DNA of 40,551 bases, from the sequence record DRR378314_1077; one strand, 5' to 3'. The position numbers were made by a program, and so were the translations under genes. Numbering within the stretch: the first letter of the stretch is position 1; each line of letters starts with the position of its first letter. The notes under the pieces are model-generated. The model was given only the letters and a program-made list of their open reading frames with translations. It had not been told where the DNA came from and searched no databases. This document shows, in pieces, positions 18,419 to 28,318 of this stretch.

Positions 18419-19188
18419 TGGAAGCCAAAAAAGTGATCGAGTTTCGGGACGTAGCAGTCACATATCACAAAGGACCTTTTTGGAATAGAAGCTCAACCAA
18501 AGCCGTAAAGCAGGTGAGTTTATCAGTTGCTGAGGGTGAAACCGTTGGATTGGTTGGAGAATCTGGCTCTGGAAAATCCACTTTGGGTCGGGTGGCCTTG
18601 GGGTTGATCAAGCCTTCAGGGGGAAGTTTTAAATTTGCAGGCCTTCCCTTTGATCCTAAGGTGCGCAAAGAAGGTGCCATGTCAGTTGTATTGCAGCATC
18701 CCGAATGGGCTCTCAATCCGCGCCTGAAAAATTGGGTCTCTATTTCTGAACCTCTGAAAATTCAAACTTCTCTTACGCGTCTGCAGAGATATGAGGCGAC
18801 CTTGAAAATGTTGGCGCAAGTGGGTCTGGATGAGGATTTTGCTGATCGCTATCCAGGTGAATTGTCCGGCGGCCAACGGCAGCGGGTGGCGATTGCGCGG
18901 GCCTTGATTACAAAACCTCGATTTATTTTGTTTGATGAGGCCGTGAGTGCGTTGGATGTATCCGTTCAAAGCCAAATATTGAATTTAATCAAGGAATTAC
19001 AAGAACTGCATCGCTTTGCGTCGATTTTCATTTCCCATGATTTAGCGGCAACTCGTTATGTTTCTGACCGGATTGCCGTTATGCTTGAAGGGGACATCGT
19101 AGAGGTCGCTGAGGCCGAAAAATTTTATGAGAAGCCTGACCATCCTTATAGCCAACAGCTATATGCAACAATCGCACAGACTGTATGA
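18418..19188 (+). CDS. Peptide-type ABC transporter ATP-binding protein (DppF-like, short)
   Basis: GESGSGKS, LSGGQRQR, LFDEAVSALD and HPYS; TAATG coupling to the upstream gene. Confidence 0.95.
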   Translation: MEAKKVIEFRDVAVTYHKGPFWNRSSTKAVKQVSLSVAEGETVGLVGESGSGKSTLGRVALGLIKPSGGSFKFAGLPFDPKVRKEGAMSVVLQHPEWALNPRLKNWVSISEPLKIQTSLTRLQRYEATLKMLAQVGLDEDFADRYPGELSGGQRQRVAIARALITKPRFILFDEAVSALDVSVQSQILNLIKELQELHRFASIFISHDLAATRYVSDRIAVMLEGDIVEVAEAEKFYEKPDHPYSQQLYATIAQTV

Positions 19189-19198
19189 AGGTCTCTCA

Positions 19199-20026
19199 AT
19201 GGTTAAATTATTTCACAAAATCAGTGTTTTTTACTTCATATGTTCATTGGTGCAGTTGGGCTTGAGCGCCGGGTTTTCAGGAAGTGCGCGCGCCGATACG
19301 GGGTTAGACCCGGCAGAGCTTGAACGCACCTGGCAGGGCGCAAAAATATTCCTGCCCCAGGGCGGTCCAATGCCGCAAACCCGCTTAAGCGGACGGGAAC
19401 TCACCCGTGATACAGATCTTTCTCACTATTCTGTTGTGGTATATGCCCACGGGTGCGCCGGGTTAGGAGAGGCTGCGCTGGATACTGGATTATTTTTAAG
19501 CCGCGCAGGTTTTGTCGTCATTGCACCGGATAGTTTTGCCCGCCGGACTAAACCACGCAGCTGTGAACTTTCAATTCCAAGAGGGGGGCTACACCGCGCT
19601 GTTCTTGGCTGGCGACATGCGGAAATAGATTACGCGATTAAGCGCCTCCAATCTTTTGATGATCATGCTCCTTCAAATATTTTCTTGATGGGTTTGAGCG
19701 AAGGCGGAATTACAACAGCAACCTATGAAGGGGCGGCGCTATCTGGCCGTGTCATAGAGGGGTGGACATGCCATGCTGGATGGCCGGAATATGTTGGGCT
19801 CAACAGTCCATCTACAGAACCCGTCCTGTCATTGGTTGCAGATCAAGACCCTTGGTTTGCCTTGCCCGTTTTACAGGGGGATTGCGGTGCGTATATGACC
19901 AATCATCAAAACGCGACCTCCGTTGTTTTTAGGAAAGGATCTCCTTTACGGACAAGCCATTGGCTGTCATTCGACAGATCGGTCAAAGCAATGATCTTAG
20001 AGTTTCTTGAGACCAATGAACGGTAA
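19199..20026 (+). CDS. Exported alpha/beta-hydrolase (dienelactone hydrolase-like)
   Basis: Signal peptide (..SARA), HGCAG oxyanion motif, GLSEGG nucleophile elbow, DPWF and a C-terminal His. Start moved to the ATG at 19199 to avoid a long overlap. Confidence 0.8.
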   Translation: MVKLFHKISVFYFICSLVQLGLSAGFSGSARADTGLDPAELERTWQGAKIFLPQGGPMPQTRLSGRELTRDTDLSHYSVVVYAHGCAGLGEAALDTGLFLSRAGFVVIAPDSFARRTKPRSCELSIPRGGLHRAVLGWRHAEIDYAIKRLQSFDDHAPSNIFLMGLSEGGITTATYEGAALSGRVIEGWTCHAGWPEYVGLNSPSTEPVLSLVADQDPWFALPVLQGDCGAYMTNHQNATSVVFRKGSPLRTSHWLSFDRSVKAMILEFLETNER

Positions 20027-20180
20027 ACTCATGAAATGCAAACATAGCTATTGCTCAAGAAGTGGCAGAAAACGCTCTTTGTTATGACCTATAGTGATTA
20101 AAAACAGGGCTGCTTAGGATTGTTAGCGAAGCGATCCAGCATTTTTTTAGTTTCCAACGCGGCATCACTAGGGTACAGCT

Positions 20181-20630
20181 TCACGACCGTTTCAGTTTTT
20201 GAAGCGTATTTTCCAGAACATTCAGGAAATTGCTGCGGTCTTTTTTTGAAAAAGCGGCATTGTAGCCAGTAATCTCGCCTGTATCGCGCAAATGTGTGTT
20301 GAGGTCCCGCATAGCTAGTTTCATACCGATGGAGCCGTCTGTGAAGGCTTTGCCAGTGGGTCCCAATACAATGCTGCCAGCTTTCAGACAGCGATCTGCC
20401 AAAGGGATGTCCGCAGTGATGACCACGTCTTTTGGTCCACAATTGTCGGCGATCCAGTTATCAGCAGCATCGAAGCCAGTATCGACAACAATTTGCTCGA
20501 TCAGGGGGCTTTGGGGTAATCGCATCCAGCTATTGCTGACAACGTAACTTAAGAGCTTATGTCGCCCCGCAACACGATAGATTTCGTCCTTCACTGGACA
20601 GGCGTCTGCATCAATAAAAATCCGTGTCAT
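20181..20630 (-). CDS. yaiI: YaiI/YqxD family protein (UPF0178)
   Basis: Motifs IFIDADACPVKDE, DAADNWI and DVVITADIPLA. Confidence 0.92.
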   Translation of the reverse strand: MTRIFIDADACPVKDEIYRVAGRHKLLSYVVSNSWMRLPQSPLIEQIVVDTGFDAADNWIADNCGPKDVVITADIPLADRCLKAGSIVLGPTGKAFTDGSIGMKLAMRDLNTHLRDTGEITGYNAAFSKKDRSNFLNVLENTLQKLKRS

Positions 20631-20891
20631 CTGTTCCCTTGGTTGAGCTTAGCGATCATTTTATTCTTCTATCGTCTAATCAGGATGGGCAATTCGGTTG
20701 CGGGAAAAGCCAGATTCTTGGGTGCCGCGCGATCTCAGAGGTGCTTTATGCGCAAAAGTATTAAACTTAAAATCATGAGAATTATCAACAAGAACTGTTA
20801 TTAAACCTTTTGCGGTAGCAACTCCGATACAAGTTTTATTGAACCCGCAAGATTTCTGTGAGCCAGTTGTCTTTTTTGTCAAAGCGATCAT

Positions 20892-22043
20892 TTAGCCTTG
20901 GCTTTCGATCAGCAGATCATGTTCCAACAGCTTTTTTAGTATGTCTCTATGATTGGTAAAAATATCTGCAGCAAAGGCACTTTCCTGTGCCATGGCATCG
21001 ACGAGAAACAAATCATCAAATTCCAGTTCAAAGGAATAGTCACCAACAGAGATGTTATAGGTGCGGGCGGCTTGTAAAGGGGCAAACATAATTTTCACGG
21101 ATGGGGGTTTGATCAAAAGGGTCTTCCTGGAGATGATGCCTTCGACATTGCCCTGCCCCTCATCAGTTTCAGGATCATAACCATCGTTGTGGGAAGGGCG
21201 GCTGAAATATTGAGTGAGCCACTTGCAATACAGATCTTGATCAAAAACAGTTGTCATAAATGACTTCAAGTCCTCAACATGATCTGGTGTAACCTGAAAA
21301 GGCGCCGCAGTTTCGGTGAGGTTCGGGCCCAAATAACGGGGAAGCTGAGGGTCATGTTCTTCGATATAATGTGCAAAATCGATTAACATCTCAGACAGCG
21401 AAGGTCCCAGGAAACCGACGGAGTAGGTGAGAGATGGTTGTAAGCTCACTCCTTGATGTGCGAATTTTGGGGGGATGTAAATGACATCTCCCTCTTTGAC
21501 GGTGATTTCCTCACCGTCAAATGATGTTTTCAAAATTTCCAGGGGAATGTCTTCAATATAATCTTCATGTTCAATAGCAGCCCGCGCAATCTTCCAGCGT
21601 CTTTCGCCTTTCCCTTGAACGAGAAACACATGGTAGCTGTCTGTATGTGCCCCGACTGTGCCGCCAGTTGGCGAAAAGCTAACCATAATGTCGTCAAGTA
21701 GCCAGCGGGGACAAAAATTGAAATACTTGAGAAGTTCTGCCGTTTTGTCGTCAAACTGGTCAATGTTTTGAACAAGCAGGCTCCAATCTTTCTCCCCCAG
21801 TTCGTTGAATATGCTTTCTTCCATGGGGCCGTAGTCGCATGTCCAGTCGGTTTGGTCTTGTCCTTTTCGAACGAGCCGTGATTTAACCTCTTCTTCCATG
21901 GAAAGGCCGGCAAGATGATTTTCATCAATTAATCCGTCTGTGACTGTCTTTGGGATCATGCCGCGGATAACAAAAGGTTTTTTGTTCCAGAAATCCTGGA
22001 AAAATTCCTCAGCTGTTGGAAGCGTATCGAGAATTAAAGACAT
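20892..22043 (-). CDS. roxA: JmjC/cupin 2-oxoglutarate oxygenase, RoxA/YcfD-like (ribosomal protein uL16 Arg hydroxylase family)
   Basis: Motifs FWNKKP..IR, LAGLSMEEEVKSRLV, WSLLVQ, PRWLLDDIMVS, GAHTDSY (HxD), QGKGERRW, YIPPKFAHQG (distal His) and YSVGF. Start probably 22043 or 22061 rather than 22187. Confidence 0.85.
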   Translation of the reverse strand: MSLILDTLPTAEEFFQDFWNKKPFVIRGMIPKTVTDGLIDENHLAGLSMEEEVKSRLVRKGQDQTDWTCDYGPMEESIFNELGEKDWSLLVQNIDQFDDKTAELLKYFNFCPRWLLDDIMVSFSPTGGTVGAHTDSYHVFLVQGKGERRWKIARAAIEHEDYIEDIPLEILKTSFDGEEITVKEGDVIYIPPKFAHQGVSLQPSLTYSVGFLGPSLSEMLIDFAHYIEEHDPQLPRYLGPNLTETAAPFQVTPDHVEDLKSFMTTVFDQDLYCKWLTQYFSRPSHNDGYDPETDEGQGNVEGIISRKTLLIKPPSVKIMFAPLQAARTYNISVGDYSFELEFDDLFLVDAMAQESAFAADIFTNHRDILKKLLEHDLLIESQG

Positions 22044-22325
22044 GAGCTTAAGTCTATTCATAGGTAAAAGAAGATAGGTAAATGCTTCACCTTGCAGAGT
22101 AAAGTAAAGAAGATATTGGCACGAATCACAACCGCGATTTGCAGGGAGATGACCGCACGCGGAACTTCCCGATAAAATCGATTTCATGAATTTGCTTGAT
22201 CAGGGCACAGTTAAGGGGGGTGACCGTTCATAAATCACACATTCAATATGGTATGATTTGACAAATTGCCTGATGTAAATGAAGACCTCTAACTTGATGA
22301 CACGTTTTGTGGGAAGAACAGCCAA

Positions 22326-24497
22326 ATGGAAATCACGGTTAATTTTCTGGACAATCTTCGGCTTGAAGCCAAGTTTGATGATTTTACGATAACGACCGAT
22401 CAGCCTATTCGCTATAAAGGGGACGGAACAGCACCAAGTCCTTTTGATTACTTTCTTGCCTCCTCCGCACTATGTGCCGCTTATTTTATAAAGGTCTATT
22501 GTCTGTCGCGGAACATCCCCACCGATGATATTCGGGTGTCCCAGAATAATATTATCGATCCGGAAAACAGGTATAATCAAACCTTTCAAATTCAGGTCGA
22601 ATTGCCGTCCAGTATTTCAGAACGTGATCGGATCGGTATCTTAAGGTCAGCCGATCGCTGCACGGTAAAAAAGGTAATTCAGCAATCGCCTAACTTTAAA
22701 ATTGAATCTGTTGAGGATTTGGATGATGCCTCGTTGTTGGACAGCTTCGAAGGCGATGGTAACACGTTGATTATGGGCAAAGATCTGCCGTTGGAACAAA
22801 CAATCGCCAATATGACCTCCATCCTCGCGGACATTGGCGTGAAAATCGAAGTCGCATCATGGCGCAATATTATACCAAATGTTTGGTCACTTCATATCCG
22901 TGAAGCGGCATCGCCAATGTGTTTTACCAACGGCAAAGGCGCGACAAGAGAAAGTGCACTTTGCTCTGCCTTGGGTGAATATATTGAACGCATGAACTGC
23001 AATTTCTTCTACAATGATTATTATTTTGGGGAAGAAATCGCCAACAGTGACTTTGTACATTACCCGAACGAAAAATGGTTTAAACCGGGCGCAGATGACG
23101 CCTTGCCTTCAGGGTTGATGGATGAACGGTGTCTACAGCTTTACAATCCCGATGGTGATTTAAAAGCATCTCACCTGATTGATACAAATTCTGGCCGTAT
23201 AGATCGTGGGATTTGTGCGTTGCCTTTCACGCGGTGTTCAGATCAGGAAACGATTTATTTTCCTTCGAACCTTTTGGAAAACCTTTTCGTTAGCAATGGT
23301 ATGAGTGCGGGAAATAATCTGTATGAAGCAAAGGTTCAGTGCTTATCCGAAATTTTTGAGCGGGCAATCAAACGGCAAATAATTGAGCAGGAGATTGTCC
23401 TGCCGGATGTGCCAAAGGAGGTTCTCGCCAAATATCCTGGGGTTTTGGCGGGCATAGAAGAACTTGAAAACAAAGGCTTTCCCGTTTTGGTCAAGGACGC
23501 TTCCTTGGGAGGAAAATTCCCGGTAATGAGCGTGACTTTGATGAACCCAAAGACAGGAGGCGTTTTTGCATCTTTCGGTTCACATCCCAGTTTTGAGGTC
23601 GCTCTGGAGCGCTCTCTCACCGAATTATTGCAGGGCCGTAGTTTCGAAGGCTTAAACGACGTTCCGCCTCCGACTTTTAACAGTCAGGCGGTTAGCGAGC
23701 CAAATAATTTTGTCGAGCATTTCATTGACTCAACGGGGCTTGTGTCTTGGAAGTTCTTTAGCCAAAAACAGGATTATGAGTTTTGTGAGTGGGACTTTAG
23801 CGGCACGACAGAGCAGGAGAATGAACGGTTAATGAATATCCTTAGAGACCTAGGCAAGGAGGCCTATGTTGCAACCTATGAGGAATTCGGTGCAGCGGCA
23901 TGCAGAATTTTGGTGCCGGGTTATTCAGAAATTTATCTTCCAGAAGATTTGATCTGGGATAACACCAATAAAGCGTTGATGTTCCGCGAAGATATTTTAA
24001 ACATCCATTCACTGTCAGATGAGGAATTGGAAGACCTGCTTGAACGTTTCGACGACATGCAACTGGATCATTACACGCTAATTTCGGATCTCATCGGGAT
24101 CGTGTTCGATGAAAACACAGTCTGGGGGAAACTGGATGTCGGTGAGCTGAAGATATTGACCTATCTCGCTTTGGGCCAGTTTGAGGAAGCGAAAGAGATC
24201 ATTATTGATTTCTTGAATTTCAACGACAATACGGTAGAGCGGATTTTGTTCTATCGGGCATTAAGTGCAGTCGTTGATATTGCAGTTGATGAAGCATTGG
24301 ACCTGGAAGATTACATTCCCAATTTGACCAGAATGTATGGGGCCGACCACATGCAGAGTGCTGTCGGATCTGTGACCGGTGCCGTTAAATTTGCCGGTTT
24401 AACAAAGACAAGCATGAAGCTGGAAGGCCTAGACAAGCACCTTAGATTGATTGAAAGTTATAAAAAACTCCACACAGCAAGGCAGATGAAGAGATAG
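22326..24497 (+). CDS. ycaO: OsmC-domain/YcaO-domain fusion protein
   Basis: N-terminal ~130 aa OsmC-like (TDQP, PSPFDYFLASSALCA, RCTVKK), followed by E. coli-type YcaO (GKDLPLE, FTNGKG, SALGEYIER, SNGMSAGN, CLSEIFER, ALERSLTELLQGR, HFIDS). Confidence 0.92.
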   Translation: MEITVNFLDNLRLEAKFDDFTITTDQPIRYKGDGTAPSPFDYFLASSALCAAYFIKVYCLSRNIPTDDIRVSQNNIIDPENRYNQTFQIQVELPSSISERDRIGILRSADRCTVKKVIQQSPNFKIESVEDLDDASLLDSFEGDGNTLIMGKDLPLEQTIANMTSILADIGVKIEVASWRNIIPNVWSLHIREAASPMCFTNGKGATRESALCSALGEYIERMNCNFFYNDYYFGEEIANSDFVHYPNEKWFKPGADDALPSGLMDERCLQLYNPDGDLKASHLIDTNSGRIDRGICALPFTRCSDQETIYFPSNLLENLFVSNGMSAGNNLYEAKVQCLSEIFERAIKRQIIEQEIVLPDVPKEVLAKYPGVLAGIEELENKGFPVLVKDASLGGKFPVMSVTLMNPKTGGVFASFGSHPSFEVALERSLTELLQGRSFEGLNDVPPPTFNSQAVSEPNNFVEHFIDSTGLVSWKFFSQKQDYEFCEWDFSGTTEQENERLMNILRDLGKEAYVATYEEFGAAACRILVPGYSEIYLPEDLIWDNTNKALMFREDILNIHSLSDEELEDLLERFDDMQLDHYTLISDLIGIVFDENTVWGKLDVGELKILTYLALGQFEEAKEIIIDFLNFNDNTVERILFYRALSAVVDIAVDEALDLEDYIPNLTRMYGADHMQSAVGSVTGAVKFAGLTKTSMKLEGLDKHLRLIESYKKLHTARQMKR

Positions 24498-24519
24498 GAT
24501 TTGCGAAACACCTATCTCT
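24490..24519. terminator. Hairpin between convergent ycaO and DUF4197 genes
   Basis: AGAGATAGG (24490-24498) pairs with CCTATCTCT (24511-24519); overlaps the ycaO stop and has no clear U-tract. Confidence 0.4.
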
Positions 24520-24536
24520 CCTCCATAAGGGGTGTC

Positions 24537-25295
24537 TTAGGCTCCGCCAAAAACTGATTTTAGGATGTCTGTCGTGCGGGCGACCGGGTTGTTTCGGATT
24601 GAGGCTTCTTCTGTGGCAAGGTAGTGAAACAATCCTTCAAGGGCGAGATCTGTAGCATGTTCCGTCAAATCGGATTGAATATCAGGAACCAACGGGATTT
24701 TCTTATATTCACTGACTAAATTATTGTAAGCAGTTATTGCGCCAACGTCTTGTAGGGACTGATTAATAACCGGGCGAACCGTGTCCATCAAATCATCGGT
24801 TGCAACTCTCCGGAAATATTGTGTCGCGGCGTCATCTGGTCCCTTATAGATTTTTTGGGCATCCTCTAAAGTCATTTCCGAGATAGCCTTCAGGATCAAT
24901 TCCTTGGCTTTAGGGGCCGCAGCTTCAGCTCCTTGGTTGAGTTTACTTTCAACATCATCGGCCATGGACGACAGTCCAAATTTCCGAAGATAGGATTGGG
25001 CCCTCTGCATGGTTTCAGGCAACGGAATATGAATAGAAGGATCGTTCTCATATCCACCATCTGTTCCAATTTGATTAACAACCCGGTCCGTTCCAACTTT
25101 AAGTGCTTCTTTTAATCCTTGGATAATCTGGGGAGTTCCAAGCTCACTGCTGGAGTTGGTCGTTGTGCTTTCGGTAGGAGATATGGATTTGGTGACTCTA
25201 TCTTTTAGGTTATTCAGCAAATCAGCGTTTGCGGTTACTGGACCCATCGACAGAGCAAGCGTAACAGCAAGCGATTTGATCAGAAGGCGGTGCAT
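24537..25295 (-). CDS. DUF4197 domain exported protein
   Basis: Signal peptide (..TANA); motifs GLKEALKVG, IHIPLP, LNQGAEAA, DAATQYF, GLFHYLATEE.SIRNNP and RTTDILKSVFG. Confidence 0.88.
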   Translation of the reverse strand: MHRLLIKSLAVTLALSMGPVTANADLLNNLKDRVTKSISPTESTTTNSSSELGTPQIIQGLKEALKVGTDRVVNQIGTDGGYENDPSIHIPLPETMQRAQSYLRKFGLSSMADDVESKLNQGAEAAAPKAKELILKAISEMTLEDAQKIYKGPDDAATQYFRRVATDDLMDTVRPVINQSLQDVGAITAYNNLVSEYKKIPLVPDIQSDLTEHATDLALEGLFHYLATEEASIRNNPVARTTDILKSVFGGA

Positions 25296-25440
25296 AGTGG
25301 TATCCTATAGTTTGATATTCAGCATCTTTAAAATTTCAAAAGAATGTGTTCAAAAATCGGCCTTGTTAAATTCAGGTGGATGGATTCCGTTTTGGTTTAG
25401 TTTCCATGTTCTGAAATAGGGGTGCAATCAATCTTCATAA

Positions 25441-25478
25441 AAACAAGAAGACGGACCCATAGGCCCGTCTTTTTGTTT
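25441..25478 (-). terminator. Rho-independent terminator downstream of katG
   Basis: AAACAAGAAGACGG...CCGTCTTTTTGTTT inverted repeat with A/T tails, about 30 nt past the katG stop. Confidence 0.7.
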
Positions 25479-25506
25479 AAGCGAAATCTGTCGTCTCGGT
25501 TTACGA

Positions 25507-27720
<2,214 letters not shown>

Positions 27721-27751
27721 TTAAAGGGCTATACGGATTTACGAACGCTCT

Positions 27752-27964
27752 TTAAGCGGTAACGATTTGTGCCGGGCTTCCAGTCGTCGTTTTAGGGCGC
27801 TCCCACAGAAATTCATGAACTGAGAACACGACTGTCTGGACAATCGGTTCCAGCAGGCCAATCCCCAACGCTGCCATCAAATTTCCGGTAAGAGTATAGG
27901 CCACAGCAGTTGCCACAATGATATGGAGTGCTCCGTAACTAGCGGTTTTTAATGCTAACCTCAT
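27752..27964 (-). CDS. Small DUF2061-family membrane protein
   Basis: 70 aa: KTASYG.LHI.VA..VAY.LTG...ALGIGLLEP.VQT...HE..W; AAGGAAG RBS; immediately upstream of katG on the same strand. Confidence 0.82.
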   Translation of the reverse strand: MRLALKTASYGALHIIVATAVAYTLTGNLMAALGIGLLEPIVQTVVFSVHEFLWERPKTTTGSPAQIVTA

Positions 27965-28034
27965 GACAGCTTCCTTGACGCTTTGAATGTTTATATTAGC
28001 TATGAAGGAAATGTAGGTGAGAATTTACGTTAAG

Positions 28035-28075
28035 TAAAATTGAATAAATCTTATTTCATGTTCAATTTTATTGAA
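28035..28075. promoter_or_regulatory. Candidate LysR/OxyR-type operator upstream of DUF2061-katG
   Basis: Perfect inverted repeat TAAAATTGAA-N16-TTCAATTTTA (28035-28070), overlapping the palindrome TTCAAT-TTT-ATTGAA (28061-28075), which contains T-N11-A. Confidence 0.45.
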
Positions 28076-28189
28076 TAATGAAATTTTGCGGACTTCTTAG
28101 CGTGGGAATGCGAGCTGCCTCTTGAGGATCGTAAGAAAGCTTATGTTTGGGTATTGAGTTTTTGACGACTTTCATGCATTGATCTTACA

Positions 28190-28314
28190 GGGAACGGCGA
28201 TGGCGTCGCCAGCGGTTTGAACGCACCCGATAATCCATCCTGAACGCCGGGATTTTACTTTGCCGATGCCACGGTAAGGGAAATCCTTTTTCCTTGGCAC
28301 GGCCGTTAGAAGGA
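28190..28314 (+). ncRNA. Candidate structured cis-regulatory 5' leader (riboswitch-like) of the creatinase gene
   Basis: GC-rich stretch within an AT-rich spacer, with several hairpins, a repeated TGAACGC loop sequence and mutually exclusive pairings next to the RBS (see findings). No known RNA family recognised. Confidence 0.4.
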
Positions 28315-28318
28315 AAAT

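Noticed and set aside
20676-20891. 71-aa ORF between yaiI and the JmjC gene
   Set aside because: It abuts the JmjC stop but has no motif or typical precursor-peptide pattern; not enough support to call.
22044-22187. Cys-rich N-terminal extension of the JmjC ORF in the track
   Set aside because: Family similarity starts near MSLILD/MNRLK; the extension is most likely an upstream in-frame ATG in the promoter region.
20631-25295. YcaO as part of a RiPP biosynthetic cluster
   Set aside because: No credible precursor peptide, E1-like/ocin-ThiF partner, dehydrogenase, TfuA, protease or exporter nearby; the YcaO is of the stand-alone E. coli type.
28190-28314. Assignment to a known riboswitch class (guanidine-I/II/III, glycine, SAM-II)
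   Set aside because: Consensus elements of these classes were not found by eye, and the loops are AACG(C) rather than ACGR; kept only as an unclassified candidate.
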